Shown here: positions 10,521 to 20,277 of the stretch, piece by piece
Layout of the letters: the number at the start of each line of letters is the position of its first letter
Position numbering within the stretch: position 1 is the stretch's first letter
Virus record (IMG/VR): IMGVR_UViG_3300029841_000009
Location: 1-64,000 of that record
Length of the DNA: 64,000 nt
Source: a virus
Lineage: Duplodnaviria; Heunggongvirae; Uroviricota; Caudoviricetes
Direction: 5' to 3' (one strand)
The notes under the pieces: model-generated
Database searches by the model: none
Told to the model about the DNA's origin: nothing
What the model saw: only the letters and a program-made list of their open reading frames with translations
Translations under genes and position numbers: made by a program

Positions 10521-11513
10521 TTACACCACGCGGGCTTCTGTTTCCAGAAGCGCATCAGTTTCACGGATTGGTACACCACGGAATGAAGTCCACCACTCGC
10601 CTTCAGTCTCTTTTACGCTGATAGCCAGAGATGTTTTCTCCAGAGATTGCAGATCAAGAGCCTGGCCTACAGTGCGGTTCATGTAGAACACCGGGCGGCC
10701 CATGCCACGGTTTGGAATGCGATGTAGTGCTTTAACCATCAACTTCGCAATATTTGCGGCAGAGGATGGTTCTGAAATATTGCTGACATCGATGTTTGCA
10801 ATGCGAACAACATAACGCCAGTCACGCAGAGCAAGTCCGTTATCCCATTTGTAATGGGTGCGATAGCCTTCGTACTTGCCGCCATTAGCATCTTCCAGTG
10901 TCACCTGGCCTTTATCTTCCATCTGGATGCCAGCCTTCTGCCCTTTCGGGAAGATGCCATGCACGGTGTTTTCGCCCCACACCACTAACCAGATTGAGGT
11001 GTTATCTGTACCCGTGCCACCAGCATCAATGATGTTCTGAGCATTACCCGCAGACAGGCTGGAATAGCGGGAGGACAGTCCCATAAACTGCTGAGGGTTA
11101 ACGCTGGAATCACCATAAAACAGCGTCTGCGCCATCTGCTGATTCATCGCTTCAATAAATGCGCGGTCTTCAGACAGGCGGAATTCGGCGGTATTGCCGT
11201 TCAGATCAGCCAGTGACTTATCGACTTCCGCATAGGTTTCCAGCATGCCAACGGAATCGGTTACCTGCACTGTGGTTGATTTGCTTGGCTGTACGCCATA
11301 GTTCAGCAAACGCCAGGTAGCTGAAGGTAAACCAGAACGAATGGTGGTTCGGTGTCCGGTAGGAAGGTTCCCTTCGACAAAAGGCATATCCTGAAGGATC
11401 GGGTTAGTTTGACCGAGAAGCTCGATAATCTTATCGACTTTCCCGTTTGGATCGACGCGCTTACCCCAGTCAGCCAGCGTTAGCGCAGTTAAGCCTTTAA
11501 CAGCCATTGTCAT
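10521..11513 (-). CDS. major capsid protein
   Basis: 330 aa, follows the scaffold gene in the portal-scaffold-capsid order typical of T7/epsilon15-like podoviruses. Confidence 0.6.
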   Translation of the reverse strand: MTMAVKGLTALTLADWGKRVDPNGKVDKIIELLGQTNPILQDMPFVEGNLPTGHRTTIRSGLPSATWRLLNYGVQPSKSTTVQVTDSVGMLETYAEVDKSLADLNGNTAEFRLSEDRAFIEAMNQQMAQTLFYGDSSVNPQQFMGLSSRYSSLSAGNAQNIIDAGGTGTDNTSIWLVVWGENTVHGIFPKGQKAGIQMEDKGQVTLEDANGGKYEGYRTHYKWDNGLALRDWRYVVRIANIDVSNISEPSSAANIAKLMVKALHRIPNRGMGRPVFYMNRTVGQALDLQSLEKTSLAISVKETEGEWWTSFRGVPIRETDALLETEARVV

Positions 11514-11521
11514 TTCCTCTC

Positions 11522-12223
11522 TTATTTGCCATAGAGCACTTCGGCCGCACTACGCTGGCCTTCATTACCACCGGTGACCATGCCATCTTCAGACATCGCC
11601 TTTCCGATTTTCACGAACGTTTTGACCAGATCAGGGTGATTACCCAGCCCGGTGGTGTTCAGATATTCTTTGAGTTCAGGTGTCCCGAACTGGTCAAGCG
11701 CACGCTGTGCGGCGCTAAGGTTAGAAATCAACTTGTCGCCACCGATTTCTTTGTCGGCTTTTACATCCGCTGCCCACTGCTCGGTTGTTTTCTGCCAGGC
11801 TTCTGCCTGGCGCTGCTGAACACCTGCCAGAATCTTCGGATAAGCATCAACCAGCTTTTGCGCTTGCTCGTTGGTCAGGTTTAGTTCTCGCGCCACCGGC
11901 TCGAATTCCTTCAACGCTTCTGTATCCAGCTCTACGCCTTCGGCAGCCTGAAACTCGTACTTTTCAGGCGCACCCTCTGGTTTATCGCCGTCCTTTTTTT
12001 CATCCTGCTTATCGTTTTCAGGCTTTTTGTCATCAGCAGGTTTATCGCCATCAGCAACAGGTTGTGGCTTATCACCTTCCTGTTGTGATGGATCACCAAC
12101 TGGAGCAGGGTTATCACCTGCAGGCGCTGACGGTTCTGACGCAGCCGGAGCTGCTCCACCATCGACTGGTTGCTCATTGCAAAGACGGCGATACAGCAAA
12201 CGCTCAAATAAATTCATGATCAC
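11522..12223 (-). CDS. scaffolding protein
   Basis: 233 aa, highly acidic with a Pro/Asp/Lys-rich low-complexity N-terminal half; lies between portal and capsid. Confidence 0.55.
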   Translation of the reverse strand: MIMNLFERLLYRRLCNEQPVDGGAAPAASEPSAPAGDNPAPVGDPSQQEGDKPQPVADGDKPADDKKPENDKQDEKKDGDKPEGAPEKYEFQAAEGVELDTEALKEFEPVARELNLTNEQAQKLVDAYPKILAGVQQRQAEAWQKTTEQWAADVKADKEIGGDKLISNLSAAQRALDQFGTPELKEYLNTTGLGNHPDLVKTFVKIGKAMSEDGMVTGGNEGQRSAAEVLYGK

Positions 12224-12516
12224 TCCTGTTCACTGGCCTCTTTGGCCATCTTCAAATACTGTTCAGGGCAATGCGCCATAACGCGCTGAAACAGTTCCAG
12301 CGCCAGATTGCGTTGCCCCTCATTAAATGCCATTGCCATAGCGTCCATCGGTGAGATAGCGGAAAACACACGGCCTTTCTCCAGCACCGACCAGACAACG
12401 CGACGCCCCTGTTCACTGCTCATGACAAAGCGAATGTCATCAATTTCACGCTGTGCCATGTCACGTTGCTTACGGGCGTTTTCTTCTTTCAGTTGATCAT
12501 CTTCGTAATCTGTCAT
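12220..12516 (-). CDS. hypothetical protein
   Basis: 98-aa ORF overlapping the portal stop and scaffold start (translational coupling). Confidence 0.4.
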   Translation of the reverse strand: MTDYEDDQLKEENARKQRDMAQREIDDIRFVMSSEQGRRVVWSVLEKGRVFSAISPMDAMAMAFNEGQRNLALELFQRVMAHCPEQYLKMAKEASEQE

Positions 12517-14192
12517 TGTGATTGCCCACCCTGACCACTAACTGCATTCGCCATAGCTGACAAAACACTCGGATCCGAAGTTTTAGCTTCGCTTAGCGTC
12601 TTGGCACCCTGTGCCGCCGCCATCCCCATCGCCATCATTTGTTGCTGCTGTTGTTGCTGTGCCCGTTGCTGGCGAGCCTGCTCAACCTGTTCCTGCGGAA
12701 CAATGACGGTTGGAGACACTCCGGACATATCAGCGAATGCATCGATCGCCTGATCAACGTTGAGTTTGTCGAGAGCTTCTGGTTTCGCTTGCGCAAGTTG
12801 ACCAATGAAGTTAACCGTGGACGCCAGACTGGACAGGCCGATAGACTTCTGCGCCTGAGCCATGACGGAAATGTATTCGACCTTCAGGGGCATACCTTCC
12901 ATCACGTCTGGCGGTGGCGGCAGCATGTTTTTACGCACCATCATCGAGAAAGAGCGGTCAATGAGAGGATTAAGACATTCGTCGTTCAGACGCTCCAGAA
13001 CCGGCCCCAACATCAGAAGTTTTTCTTCTTTCATTTCGATCACCGCTTCAACAGGCATCGAGCGGGTATTGATGTTCTGCAACATCATGAACAGATCGAC
13101 AAAGTAGGCGCTGTTAATGATTTGACGAGTGTCCTGAATGTCTGCCACCAAATCTGCTGTACTGGGGTTAACCAGATAAGCAGGCCTGAAACCATCCTGA
13201 CCAGTAATCTGATCGATATACGTGATGTCGCCAGGAAGAAGGGAGGCACGCTGATTCTTGAGGGAAGTCGGAGCAACCATCGGCGGATTGGTGGCTTTAT
13301 CAATCAACTGCGACTTGCGCTTCTGGAGAAGCTGCAATGCCTTAACAGGTCCAAGCGCCAGCATACCCGGGCATGATGATCCATAAACATCTTCGCCGTT
13401 AACTTCCCAGCGCGGGGCCATAATTGGAAACTCATCGAATCCGGACTCACGCAACAACTTGTCGTTATCGCCACCAACCTCGTAATAAACCGATTTGAAT
13501 GGCTTGTTCTTGCTATCCAGCTTCGATGTATCGCGGTCAATGTTCGGGTAAACCGAATGCATCACTTCAATCCACTTCTCGTAGGTTCCGCTTTCCCACA
13601 TGCTTTTTACGGATTCGCTGACGTTATTTAGCCCGAACTCCTGAACAAGCTGACGAACAGTCATAGAGAACTTGCGAAAACAGGTGTCCACACTGCCACG
13701 AGGTGAGTTAGCCAGGTAGTAACTGCCTATCGGGAATGGCATTGTGCGAATGATGTCCTCGTCATCCTCCAGCACTGCCATTGCACCAGTGCTGTATGTG
13801 CCGAGGCTTCCGTATAACTGCGGCAGCGACTGATAGAGATTCGACTTATTGAACATATCGTTCATGCGGTTCTGCACCGCCTCAAGCCACAACTTAACAG
13901 GGCCATAATCCATCATTTCAGGATCTGGCGTAGCCAGGCGAAACCACGGACGCGCGGGGCTTGTGATGCCTGACATCATGCCGCTGGCGAGAGTGCGCGC
14001 CGCCATAGTCCCGGTCGAATCAATAATGCGTGTATTGCGTCGATCGTTACGGTTGACCTCAGAAGTCAGAAAGCGGGAACCACGCGGGTTGATGTAATCA
14101 CTCAACTCGCGCCAGTGCGGCTCGAACGACTGACGCTCGCTTTCAAGTTGTGCGAACTGTTTGTTCAATCGCTCTTTAGTTGTTTCCGCCAT
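12513..14192 (-). CDS. portal (head-tail connector) protein
   Basis: 559 aa, first large gene after the terminase; GGAG ribosome-binding site upstream of the ATG; Gln-rich C-terminus; size matches podovirus portals. Confidence 0.65.
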   Translation of the reverse strand: MAETTKERLNKQFAQLESERQSFEPHWRELSDYINPRGSRFLTSEVNRNDRRNTRIIDSTGTMAARTLASGMMSGITSPARPWFRLATPDPEMMDYGPVKLWLEAVQNRMNDMFNKSNLYQSLPQLYGSLGTYSTGAMAVLEDDEDIIRTMPFPIGSYYLANSPRGSVDTCFRKFSMTVRQLVQEFGLNNVSESVKSMWESGTYEKWIEVMHSVYPNIDRDTSKLDSKNKPFKSVYYEVGGDNDKLLRESGFDEFPIMAPRWEVNGEDVYGSSCPGMLALGPVKALQLLQKRKSQLIDKATNPPMVAPTSLKNQRASLLPGDITYIDQITGQDGFRPAYLVNPSTADLVADIQDTRQIINSAYFVDLFMMLQNINTRSMPVEAVIEMKEEKLLMLGPVLERLNDECLNPLIDRSFSMMVRKNMLPPPPDVMEGMPLKVEYISVMAQAQKSIGLSSLASTVNFIGQLAQAKPEALDKLNVDQAIDAFADMSGVSPTVIVPQEQVEQARQQRAQQQQQQQMMAMGMAAAQGAKTLSEAKTSDPSVLSAMANAVSGQGGQSQ

Positions 14193-14206
14193 TTCAATGA
14201 CTCCGG

Positions 14207-14413
14207 TTACTGACCAAGCAGCGTTTTACCGCTGGTATTAGCGGTTGATGTGTCGCCCTGAGAACCGGTAAGCAGCGTAGAACTACGACCAGCAGCAGCG
14301 CGACGGCGACGAGTTTCTTCGTCGCGGGCATCAACAACGGCGGCATCCTGCTCCTGTGGTGCTGCCTGAACTTCTGGTGTTGCAGGCACTGATGGTGAGC
14401 TACCCATGCACAT
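14207..14413 (-). CDS. small low-complexity ORF upstream of portal
   Basis: 68-aa Ala/Thr/Gln-rich ORF; weak coding evidence. Confidence 0.2.
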   Translation of the reverse strand: MCMGSSPSVPATPEVQAAPQEQDAAVVDARDEETRRRRAAAGRSSTLLTGSQGDTSTANTSGKTLLGQ

Positions 14414-14840
14414 ATCAATGACTCCGTACGCAATTAAATTATTACCAATTTAACCACATATGATTTATTTATCGTAGATAGTTGACATTTAACGCACAAA
14501 TTATTACCTTTCAGGTAACCAAAGAATTCATTCCGGTTACTAACCTGACTGGCTTGTCGTTAAATTGAACAGGTGGAGTGAGCTTTTATTTTGAGCAGTA
14601 CGGCGTATGGCACATGCGCCGATAGCGGTCTGGATACGTTTAAGGGGCACCCTCCCTGGCTGTGGCAAACGAACCAGGTAGCCGGAATGTGCAAGTCGAG
14701 CGGTTTTATTCCGCGCACGGGGATTCACCATCCCGGCGATTCGGTGTGACGCCTCGGAAGAGACGAGGGTACAACGATGAGAGCATTTATGGAGCCGCGA
14801 CAAAGTGTGGCGCCTTAACAGGCTAAGTGCTCTCAGCGTT

Positions 14841-14917
14841 GTGGCATTAGCTCAGTCGGACAGAGCAACCGCCTTCTAAGCGGTTGGTCGCAGGTTCGAA
14901 TCCTGCATGCCACGCCA
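14841..14917 (+). tRNA. tRNA-Arg (anticodon UCU), CCA-encoded
   Basis: Cloverleaf traced by hand: acceptor GTGGCAT/ATGCCAC, D-arm GCTC/GAGC, anticodon stem ACCGC/GCGGT with loop CTTCTAA, T-arm GCAGG-TTCGAAT-CCTGC, discriminator G and CCA; closely resembles E. coli argU. Confidence 0.85.
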
Positions 14918-15115
14918 GAATCACGCCTAAGGACCGTGATGCCAGAAGTTCCAGGTGCTTGGCGGTGATGGTTTCCCTTGAAGGACTATCACCACCCTTT
15001 TTACAGCAGGACGCCATTGCGATGACTTCATGCTGTAAACCAGTACAGCCACGGAAGGCATAACTCATTGCTTCCAGTTCGCCCGATTCGCCGGGCATTT
15101 TTTTAAGGTGAGATT

Positions 15116-15487
15116 ATGAACGACCAGCAAATCGAAAAAGAAATCGTTGAGAAAGGCAAAACGGCACCGCGCGTTACGCCAGACCATATCGAAGGCATTA
15201 TTGCTCAGGAGGCATATTTCACAGCAGAAGATGGTGCCTTTGGCAAAGCCATAAAAGAGAAACATACTGGCGGAGAGGTAAACTACCAGCCGCACGAATC
15301 ACTTTCTCTGCTGACGTTCTGCGTCCTGGTGCTGCGCAACGGCTTCACCGTCACCGGAGAGAGCGCCTGTGCAAGCCCGGAAAACTTTGATGCGGAAATT
15401 GGTCGGAAGATTGCCCGGCAGAATGCTGTAAACAAAATCTGGATGCTCGAAGGTTACTTGCTGAAGCAGAAGCTAAGCGAGCAATAA
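15116..15487 (+). CDS. conserved hypothetical phage protein (moron, same strand as tRNA)
   Basis: 123-aa ORF on the opposite strand to the flanking structural operon; followed by a hairpin plus T-run. Confidence 0.5.
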   Translation: MNDQQIEKEIVEKGKTAPRVTPDHIEGIIAQEAYFTAEDGAFGKAIKEKHTGGEVNYQPHESLSLLTFCVLVLRNGFTVTGESACASPENFDAEIGRKIARQNAVNKIWMLEGYLLKQKLSEQ

Positions 15488-15504
15488 CGCCGTGACATGT
15501 CACA

Positions 15505-15537
15505 ATCAGCCAGCCTATGAGCTGGCTTTGTTTTATC
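15505..15537 (+). terminator. rho-independent terminator
   Basis: Hairpin AGCCAGC-CTATGA-GCTGGCT followed by TTGTTTTAT just after the 123-aa ORF. Confidence 0.4.
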
Positions 15538-15577
15538 CTCACCAGAGGATATCAGCAGCATTATCCCATCCAGCGGA

Positions 15578-17053
15578 TTAAGCATAGGGATCGTAATCTG
15601 TGATGGCTTTGCCTTGCTGGTTCTGCTGCCCGGGAATTCGCAGACGCTTCGACACAGGGAACGCAAACGTCAGCAGTAGCGCATCGCCTTTACCAGGAGA
15701 ACGCCCAAGTCGCTCTTTGATATCTTCCTTCGGTTCGATAACGATTTTACCGTCCACGCGAACTTTGTACTCTGCCGTCGACAGGTCGTCCGCTGTTTCC
15801 TGGTCATCCAGCATGCCGCCGAGCCTCAGCCATGTCTTGCATGAGTTGAACATCTCCCCACGCTTGTTGAGCATCTGCGGGTCAGTAGACGCGCCACCGA
15901 ACGGAACAAGTTGCCATGTACGACCCCAGCCGTCACCGATTGACTTCAAACCGGTTCCGTAACCGAAGTCGATGAACACCGCGTCAGCCTGATACTGGTC
16001 TTCAAAGTCAGCGATACGCTTCGCCATAATCAGATCGTCGGTAGTCTTGTTGCCAGTCCACAGCACCTTACTGTGTAGCCCCTGCCGCAGGTATATCACC
16101 GCGTCATCAACGCCTGAATATGCCGGGTCAACACCGATTATCACCGGAGCATGTGCAACCTGCGCAGCGGTTACCACCCGTTTCATTGCCTCGTCAGTAA
16201 GACCGGTAGGGATAAACTGCAATTCAGATGCATCAGGGAATATGCCACGCACACGGATTTTAACGAAGTCGCTATCTTCCCCGTAGTCATCAACCCATTT
16301 CTGCAACTGCTGTTTGTTGGTGCCTTCCACCGTCCTGCTGTCAATCTGCGCAGTTTTCCAGCGGTGTTTGTATTTGCGGAAACATTCACGGAAACGCCCG
16401 GTGTTACGTGTAGGGTTTCCGAAAGCCACCCAGATAATCTCAGTGTCTTCGTCCGTTAGCGCACCCTCGGCAACTTCCCACACCAGATCCGCAATGTTCG
16501 ACGCTTCATCAAATACCACAATGATGCGTTTACGCTCGTTGTGTAGTCCGGCGAATGCCTCAGTGTTGTGCTCAGACCAGGGGATTGCGTCAGCTCGCCA
16601 CCGCTTGTCGTGCCCAGGGTCATTGCTGTACATCGCGGTAGCGGTACAGGTAAACCAGTCTTTCGTGATAGCAAGGTTTGACCACTTGATAATTTCCGGC
16701 CAGGTCTTCGTTCGTAGCTGGTTGTCGGTGTTGGCGGTCACCACGACCTTACAATCCTCGCAAGTGGACATGCCCCAGTTGATCAGCATTGAGATGAATG
16801 CGGATTTACCAATACCGTGACCAGAAGCACGTGCCAGCATAAGCGGCTGATATCGCGTCTCTGGATTCTGCAGGTGATCACGTATCTCTCGGAACGCATC
16901 AGCCTGCCACTGACGTGGGCCGGTGGCATGTGCCAGTTCAGTCCCCTCTTCCCCCCATGGGAACGCATAGAGGGCATAGCCAAGCGGATCGTGAGTGAAC
17001 CCTGCAATATCCTCGATTAACTGCTCTTCAGGAGATAACGCTGTATCTGTCAC
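15578..17053 (-). CDS. terL: terminase large subunit
   Basis: 491 aa; Walker A-like GHGIGKS, Walker B-like VVFDEAS, C-terminal nuclease-like region; overlaps the small-subunit gene. Confidence 0.8.
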   Translation of the reverse strand: MTDTALSPEEQLIEDIAGFTHDPLGYALYAFPWGEEGTELAHATGPRQWQADAFREIRDHLQNPETRYQPLMLARASGHGIGKSAFISMLINWGMSTCEDCKVVVTANTDNQLRTKTWPEIIKWSNLAITKDWFTCTATAMYSNDPGHDKRWRADAIPWSEHNTEAFAGLHNERKRIIVVFDEASNIADLVWEVAEGALTDEDTEIIWVAFGNPTRNTGRFRECFRKYKHRWKTAQIDSRTVEGTNKQQLQKWVDDYGEDSDFVKIRVRGIFPDASELQFIPTGLTDEAMKRVVTAAQVAHAPVIIGVDPAYSGVDDAVIYLRQGLHSKVLWTGNKTTDDLIMAKRIADFEDQYQADAVFIDFGYGTGLKSIGDGWGRTWQLVPFGGASTDPQMLNKRGEMFNSCKTWLRLGGMLDDQETADDLSTAEYKVRVDGKIVIEPKEDIKERLGRSPGKGDALLLTFAFPVSKRLRIPGQQNQQGKAITDYDPYA

Positions 17054-17727
17054 TGATTGCCATCCTGACGTTCTTTCAGTCTCTTCCTGGCTGCCGCTAT
17101 GCGATCAGCAATTGTCACATTCACATTAACATCCAGGCGTTCTTTGAATGCGTTGACGTCGACGTGCTTACCAATCAGTTCGAGGTTCTTCACCTTGTCA
17201 GGCCATTTAATTTTTTTGAGGATGCCAACCAGCTCTTTCTCGTCTCCACGGCCTTCGAACATGTCGGCCAGTTCGAAACCTGTCAGGTACTGCCGCCAGA
17301 CCTTAGGCCATTCCGAGACCGGCTTGATGCTCATATCGTCGTTGAGAATGTCAATCACGTCCATCTGGTCGATCTCCACCAGGCGCATGAGAACGTAATC
17401 AGCACTGACGCGCATTCGTTTGTTGCGCTCCTCCATCAACTCGGCAATCCGTTTCTGAATGCGTTCATCGCGCATCATGACACTGGCTTTAACTGCCGCT
17501 GTATTTGGGGAGAATCCTGCATTAATCGCAGCCTGAGTCTGGTTTTCAGGCGTTTTGATGTATGACTGGCAATAAGCCTCCTGCATTGCTGTTAGTGGCT
17601 TAAATTGCGTTGATTTGCGTTTATAGGTTTTAGGTTCAGCAGGCATCATAACCACCGTGGTAATAGTTACCGTTGTGGTAATAGTACCATGCAAAATAAA
17701 GCCGCCATAGTTGGCGGCAGTATTCAA
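17050..17727 (-). CDS. terS: terminase small subunit
   Basis: Motif QEAYCQSYIKTPENQTQAAINAGFSPNTAAVKAS typical of small terminase DNA-binding domains; true start may be the internal Met (MMPAEP). Confidence 0.6.
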   Translation of the reverse strand: MNTAANYGGFILHGTITTTVTITTVVMMPAEPKTYKRKSTQFKPLTAMQEAYCQSYIKTPENQTQAAINAGFSPNTAAVKASVMMRDERIQKRIAELMEERNKRMRVSADYVLMRLVEIDQMDVIDILNDDMSIKPVSEWPKVWRQYLTGFELADMFEGRGDEKELVGILKKIKWPDKVKNLELIGKHVDVNAFKERLDVNVNVTIADRIAAARKRLKERQDGNQ

Positions 17728-17767
17728 AACCCATCAAATTCATCATGCATAACCCACTCGTGACATG

Positions 17768-18121
17768 TCACAATATTAATTTCGTTTCATGCCAGCCTTT
17801 AGTCACCCAGCATTGCGAGTCACCATTACACGGGCATGAATTCACAGGAACTCTCTCGCCGCACTTACCGCAACGTTTTCTGCTGATCGATTTTATACGC
17901 CCGTGCACGCGCGCATCATCCTGGCGGATCAGTAACGCTATATACTCACCAAATTCGTAAGGCGCACGCCCGGGGCGACGTGTGGCACAGTTACGCTCCA
18001 GCATTTCAATTTCCTGAGCATCAAGCACAATCTCCAGCTTACGCACACCAGATGCAGCTTGTCTGGCTCTCTGAGCGGCTTTGCGCTCTGCTGCTGCCTT
18101 AGCCATTACCATATCCACCAA
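17768..18121 (-). CDS. hypothetical protein with Cys-rich C-terminus
   Basis: 117 aa, TTG start in the track; C-terminal CGKCGERVPVNSCPCNGDSQC looks like a zinc-ribbon. Confidence 0.35.
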   Translation of the reverse strand: MVDMVMAKAAAERKAAQRARQAASGVRKLEIVLDAQEIEMLERNCATRRPGRAPYEFGEYIALLIRQDDARVHGRIKSISRKRCGKCGERVPVNSCPCNGDSQCWVTKGWHETKLIL

Positions 18122-18191
18122 ACTTCACCAGACATGATTCTCGCAATCACTATCATCACCAAAGTGATAATCACAACTTTAACTGGCGGCA

Positions 18192-18569
18192 TCATTCACC
18201 ATCCTGCTCCGGCGGTTCTGGCAGCGGCATCCAGTGGGTTACCTCCTTGAGATACAGGTCTTCGCCACCACCGTCATCCCAAGTGGGCTTGCCATCATTA
18301 AACCAGTCGCCATATACGCCGACCTGAGTGTTGGGGATGCTTGGTGGGTAGTTGTTTTTAAAGTCAGCAGCTAACACATAGCATTGTCGCTCTCCCATTT
18401 CTGGCATTCGTTCACTACAGCTTATCCAACTCTCCGGAGTTACCGGAGAGTTGCCAGCCTCATACGCCACACGCATCCAGTGCATAAGCGTTTCAGTGCT
18501 CACACAGCCGCAATCAACATCAATTTTGCCGTGCTGCTGTTCCAGCCATTGCTCAAGCGTAGTGCTCAT
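18192..18569 (-). CDS. DUF551-like phage protein
   Basis: 125 aa; C-terminal VTHWMPLPEPP motif recalled as characteristic of DUF551. Confidence 0.45.
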   Translation of the reverse strand: MSTTLEQWLEQQHGKIDVDCGCVSTETLMHWMRVAYEAGNSPVTPESWISCSERMPEMGERQCYVLAADFKNNYPPSIPNTQVGVYGDWFNDGKPTWDDGGGEDLYLKEVTHWMPLPEPPEQDGE

Positions 18570-18799
18570 TTTTCATCCCCCCGATGATGCCATCTGCATC
18601 GCATCTCATAACACCCCCACTCAACACGAAAACCACATAGCCTGTGCAGATCCACCCACTTCTGCGCCATCGCTGGCGACGTGTAAATCACAGTGAATGC
18701 GTTATCTTCGTTGTCGATTTGCGTAAACGTCACTTTGTACAACAACCCACCGTCGACACATGCTGTGTTCAACGATTTATTGCTAATACCCTCAATCAT
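18566..18799 (-). CDS. hypothetical protein
   Basis: 77-aa ORF, 4-nt overlap with neighbours. Confidence 0.35.
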   Translation of the reverse strand: MIEGISNKSLNTACVDGGLLYKVTFTQIDNEDNAFTVIYTSPAMAQKWVDLHRLCGFRVEWGCYEMRCRWHHRGDEK

Positions 18800-19443
18800 T
18801 CGTACTCACCCCCCGCTGTTTTGAATTTGATCTCCGCTGCCTGCAATGCGTGTTCGACGTCGAAGCGGTCCAGCCATCCACCAAAGTGGTGCGGCATCAT
18901 TACCACCCGCTCACCGCTATTTATTGGGTGGCCCATACGGGGTTCGTAGCCGTCCGGTAACTCGACTTCCCGCGCTTCCAGTTCTGCTATGCGCTTCTCT
19001 GATGCTTCAAGTAACGCCTGCTTATCGCGTAGCGCTTCTTCCAGTTCAGCAACATGGCACTCACTATCAATAAGGTTGTTCTCTGCGGCTTCCAGCTCAA
19101 CACGCAGCTTCCCTACCGTTAGCGCAATATCCTCGTTCTCTTGGTCGCGGCGTTTGATGTATTGCTGGTTTCTTTCCCGTTCATCCAACAATGCCAGCAC
19201 GGTAACTGGATTGGCTGCGGCGATGAATTCAGCATTGGCCTGCTGTTCCATTTGGAAATCTTCATCGAAACCGCTTTCAGGATGCGCTCCTTCAATTCTG
19301 CAAATGGGAAGATATCCAACAACTTCACGATGAATTAGCGCATCACCAGCATCAAATCTCTCCTCTCCATATTCTAGCGACCACACACCACACGTTGCTT
19401 TTTCTGCCTTAGCACGCAGTGCCTGGTAATTAATTTCGCTCAC
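18796..19443 (-). CDS. Ead/Ea22-like protein
   Basis: N-terminus SEINYQALRAKAE and coiled-coil middle; GTG start preceded by AGGAGG. Confidence 0.6.
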   Translation of the reverse strand: MSEINYQALRAKAEKATCGVWSLEYGEERFDAGDALIHREVVGYLPICRIEGAHPESGFDEDFQMEQQANAEFIAAANPVTVLALLDERERNQQYIKRRDQENEDIALTVGKLRVELEAAENNLIDSECHVAELEEALRDKQALLEASEKRIAELEAREVELPDGYEPRMGHPINSGERVVMMPHHFGGWLDRFDVEHALQAAEIKFKTAGGEYE

Positions 19444-19684
19444 TGGCTGCCTCCTGCTTTTCTGCCTTCAACACCATGCGAGAACCATCATCCAGCTCCC
19501 ACACTATCTCACCACCTTCAGCCATGACCAGTTGCCACACCAATTGAGCAGCCTCATTGGTAACATCACGACCTGGATCATTGCCAACGCGCATACGTCC
19601 ACCTTCAACATCGCGCATTTTTGCCAGCATGATAGTTTTTGATAGCGGTGAAAAACCAAGCTGTAGTCGTGCTGAATTACTCAC
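19430..19684 (-). CDS. hypothetical protein (probable GTG start)
   Basis: Track ORF 19430..19717; AGGAGG-N6-GTG at codon 12 suggests the real start at 19684; the junction sequence is shared with the neighbouring Ea22-like genes. Confidence 0.35.
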   Translation of the reverse strand: MSNSARLQLGFSPLSKTIMLAKMRDVEGGRMRVGNDPGRDVTNEAAQLVWQLVMAEGGEIVWELDDGSRMVLKAEKQEAASERN

Positions 19685-20277
19685 TGGTTGCCTCCTTTGC
19701 GAAGCTGTTCCGCCCATTCTTCAAGGGATTTCTCCGCATATTCACCGGACAGGCCATCAATCGGATGCGCTTCATTAACCAACTCTTCTTTCGCTGACAA
19801 AATCATGCGTGTAACGTCGAAAACTTCACGCAAAGACTTATTGATAAATCCGTGATTGAACGCAGCAGCAAGACGGCTGGCGGTATAGTTAATCCCCTCG
19901 TTGCGTGCTTCCGCACGAATTTCAGCCAGAAAAGCATCGGTAGCTGGAGTTTCGCTGTGGTGTAGGGCATCATTGATAATCATTGCAGCAACACCAGCCT
20001 GCCCTGCATCCGTGACCGACACATGCTCAAGAGTTACGGCCATTGCGTGTTTCAGTCCGTCGTTCTCCACCACCAGCGCAGCGAGATTAGTCTCATACTC
20101 CGCAATTCGGCACATAGCATCGATATTTGTGTCCTCCAGCCGCTTAATTTCATCCAGTAGCGCCAGCACAACCTGCGGTGTGACCTTCATACGAAACGCG
20201 AGCAATTTTTGCGGCGTTGCCACGACTTTTATTGCTTCTGCTGCCTCACGCAGTGCCTGGTAATTAATTTCGCTCAC
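19681..20277 (-). CDS. Ead/Ea22-like protein (second paralog)
   Basis: Track ORF 19681..20307; AGGAGG-N6-GTG start at 20277 gives the N-terminus SEINYQALREAAE, paralogous to 18796..19443. Confidence 0.55.
   Translation of the reverse strand: MSEINYQALREAAEAIKVVATPQKLLAFRMKVTPQVVLALLDEIKRLEDTNIDAMCRIAEYETNLAALVVENDGLKHAMAVTLEHVSVTDAGQAGVAAMIINDALHHSETPATDAFLAEIRAEARNEGINYTASRLAAAFNHGFINKSLREVFDVTRMILSAKEELVNEAHPIDGLSGEYAEKSLEEWAEQLRKGGNQ

Noticed and set aside
14847-15098. 83-aa minus-strand ORF
   Set aside because: Its 3' end is simply the reverse complement of the tRNA-Arg gene (it reads ...AWHAGFEPATNRLEGGCSVRLS), so it is an artefact of the tRNA sequence.
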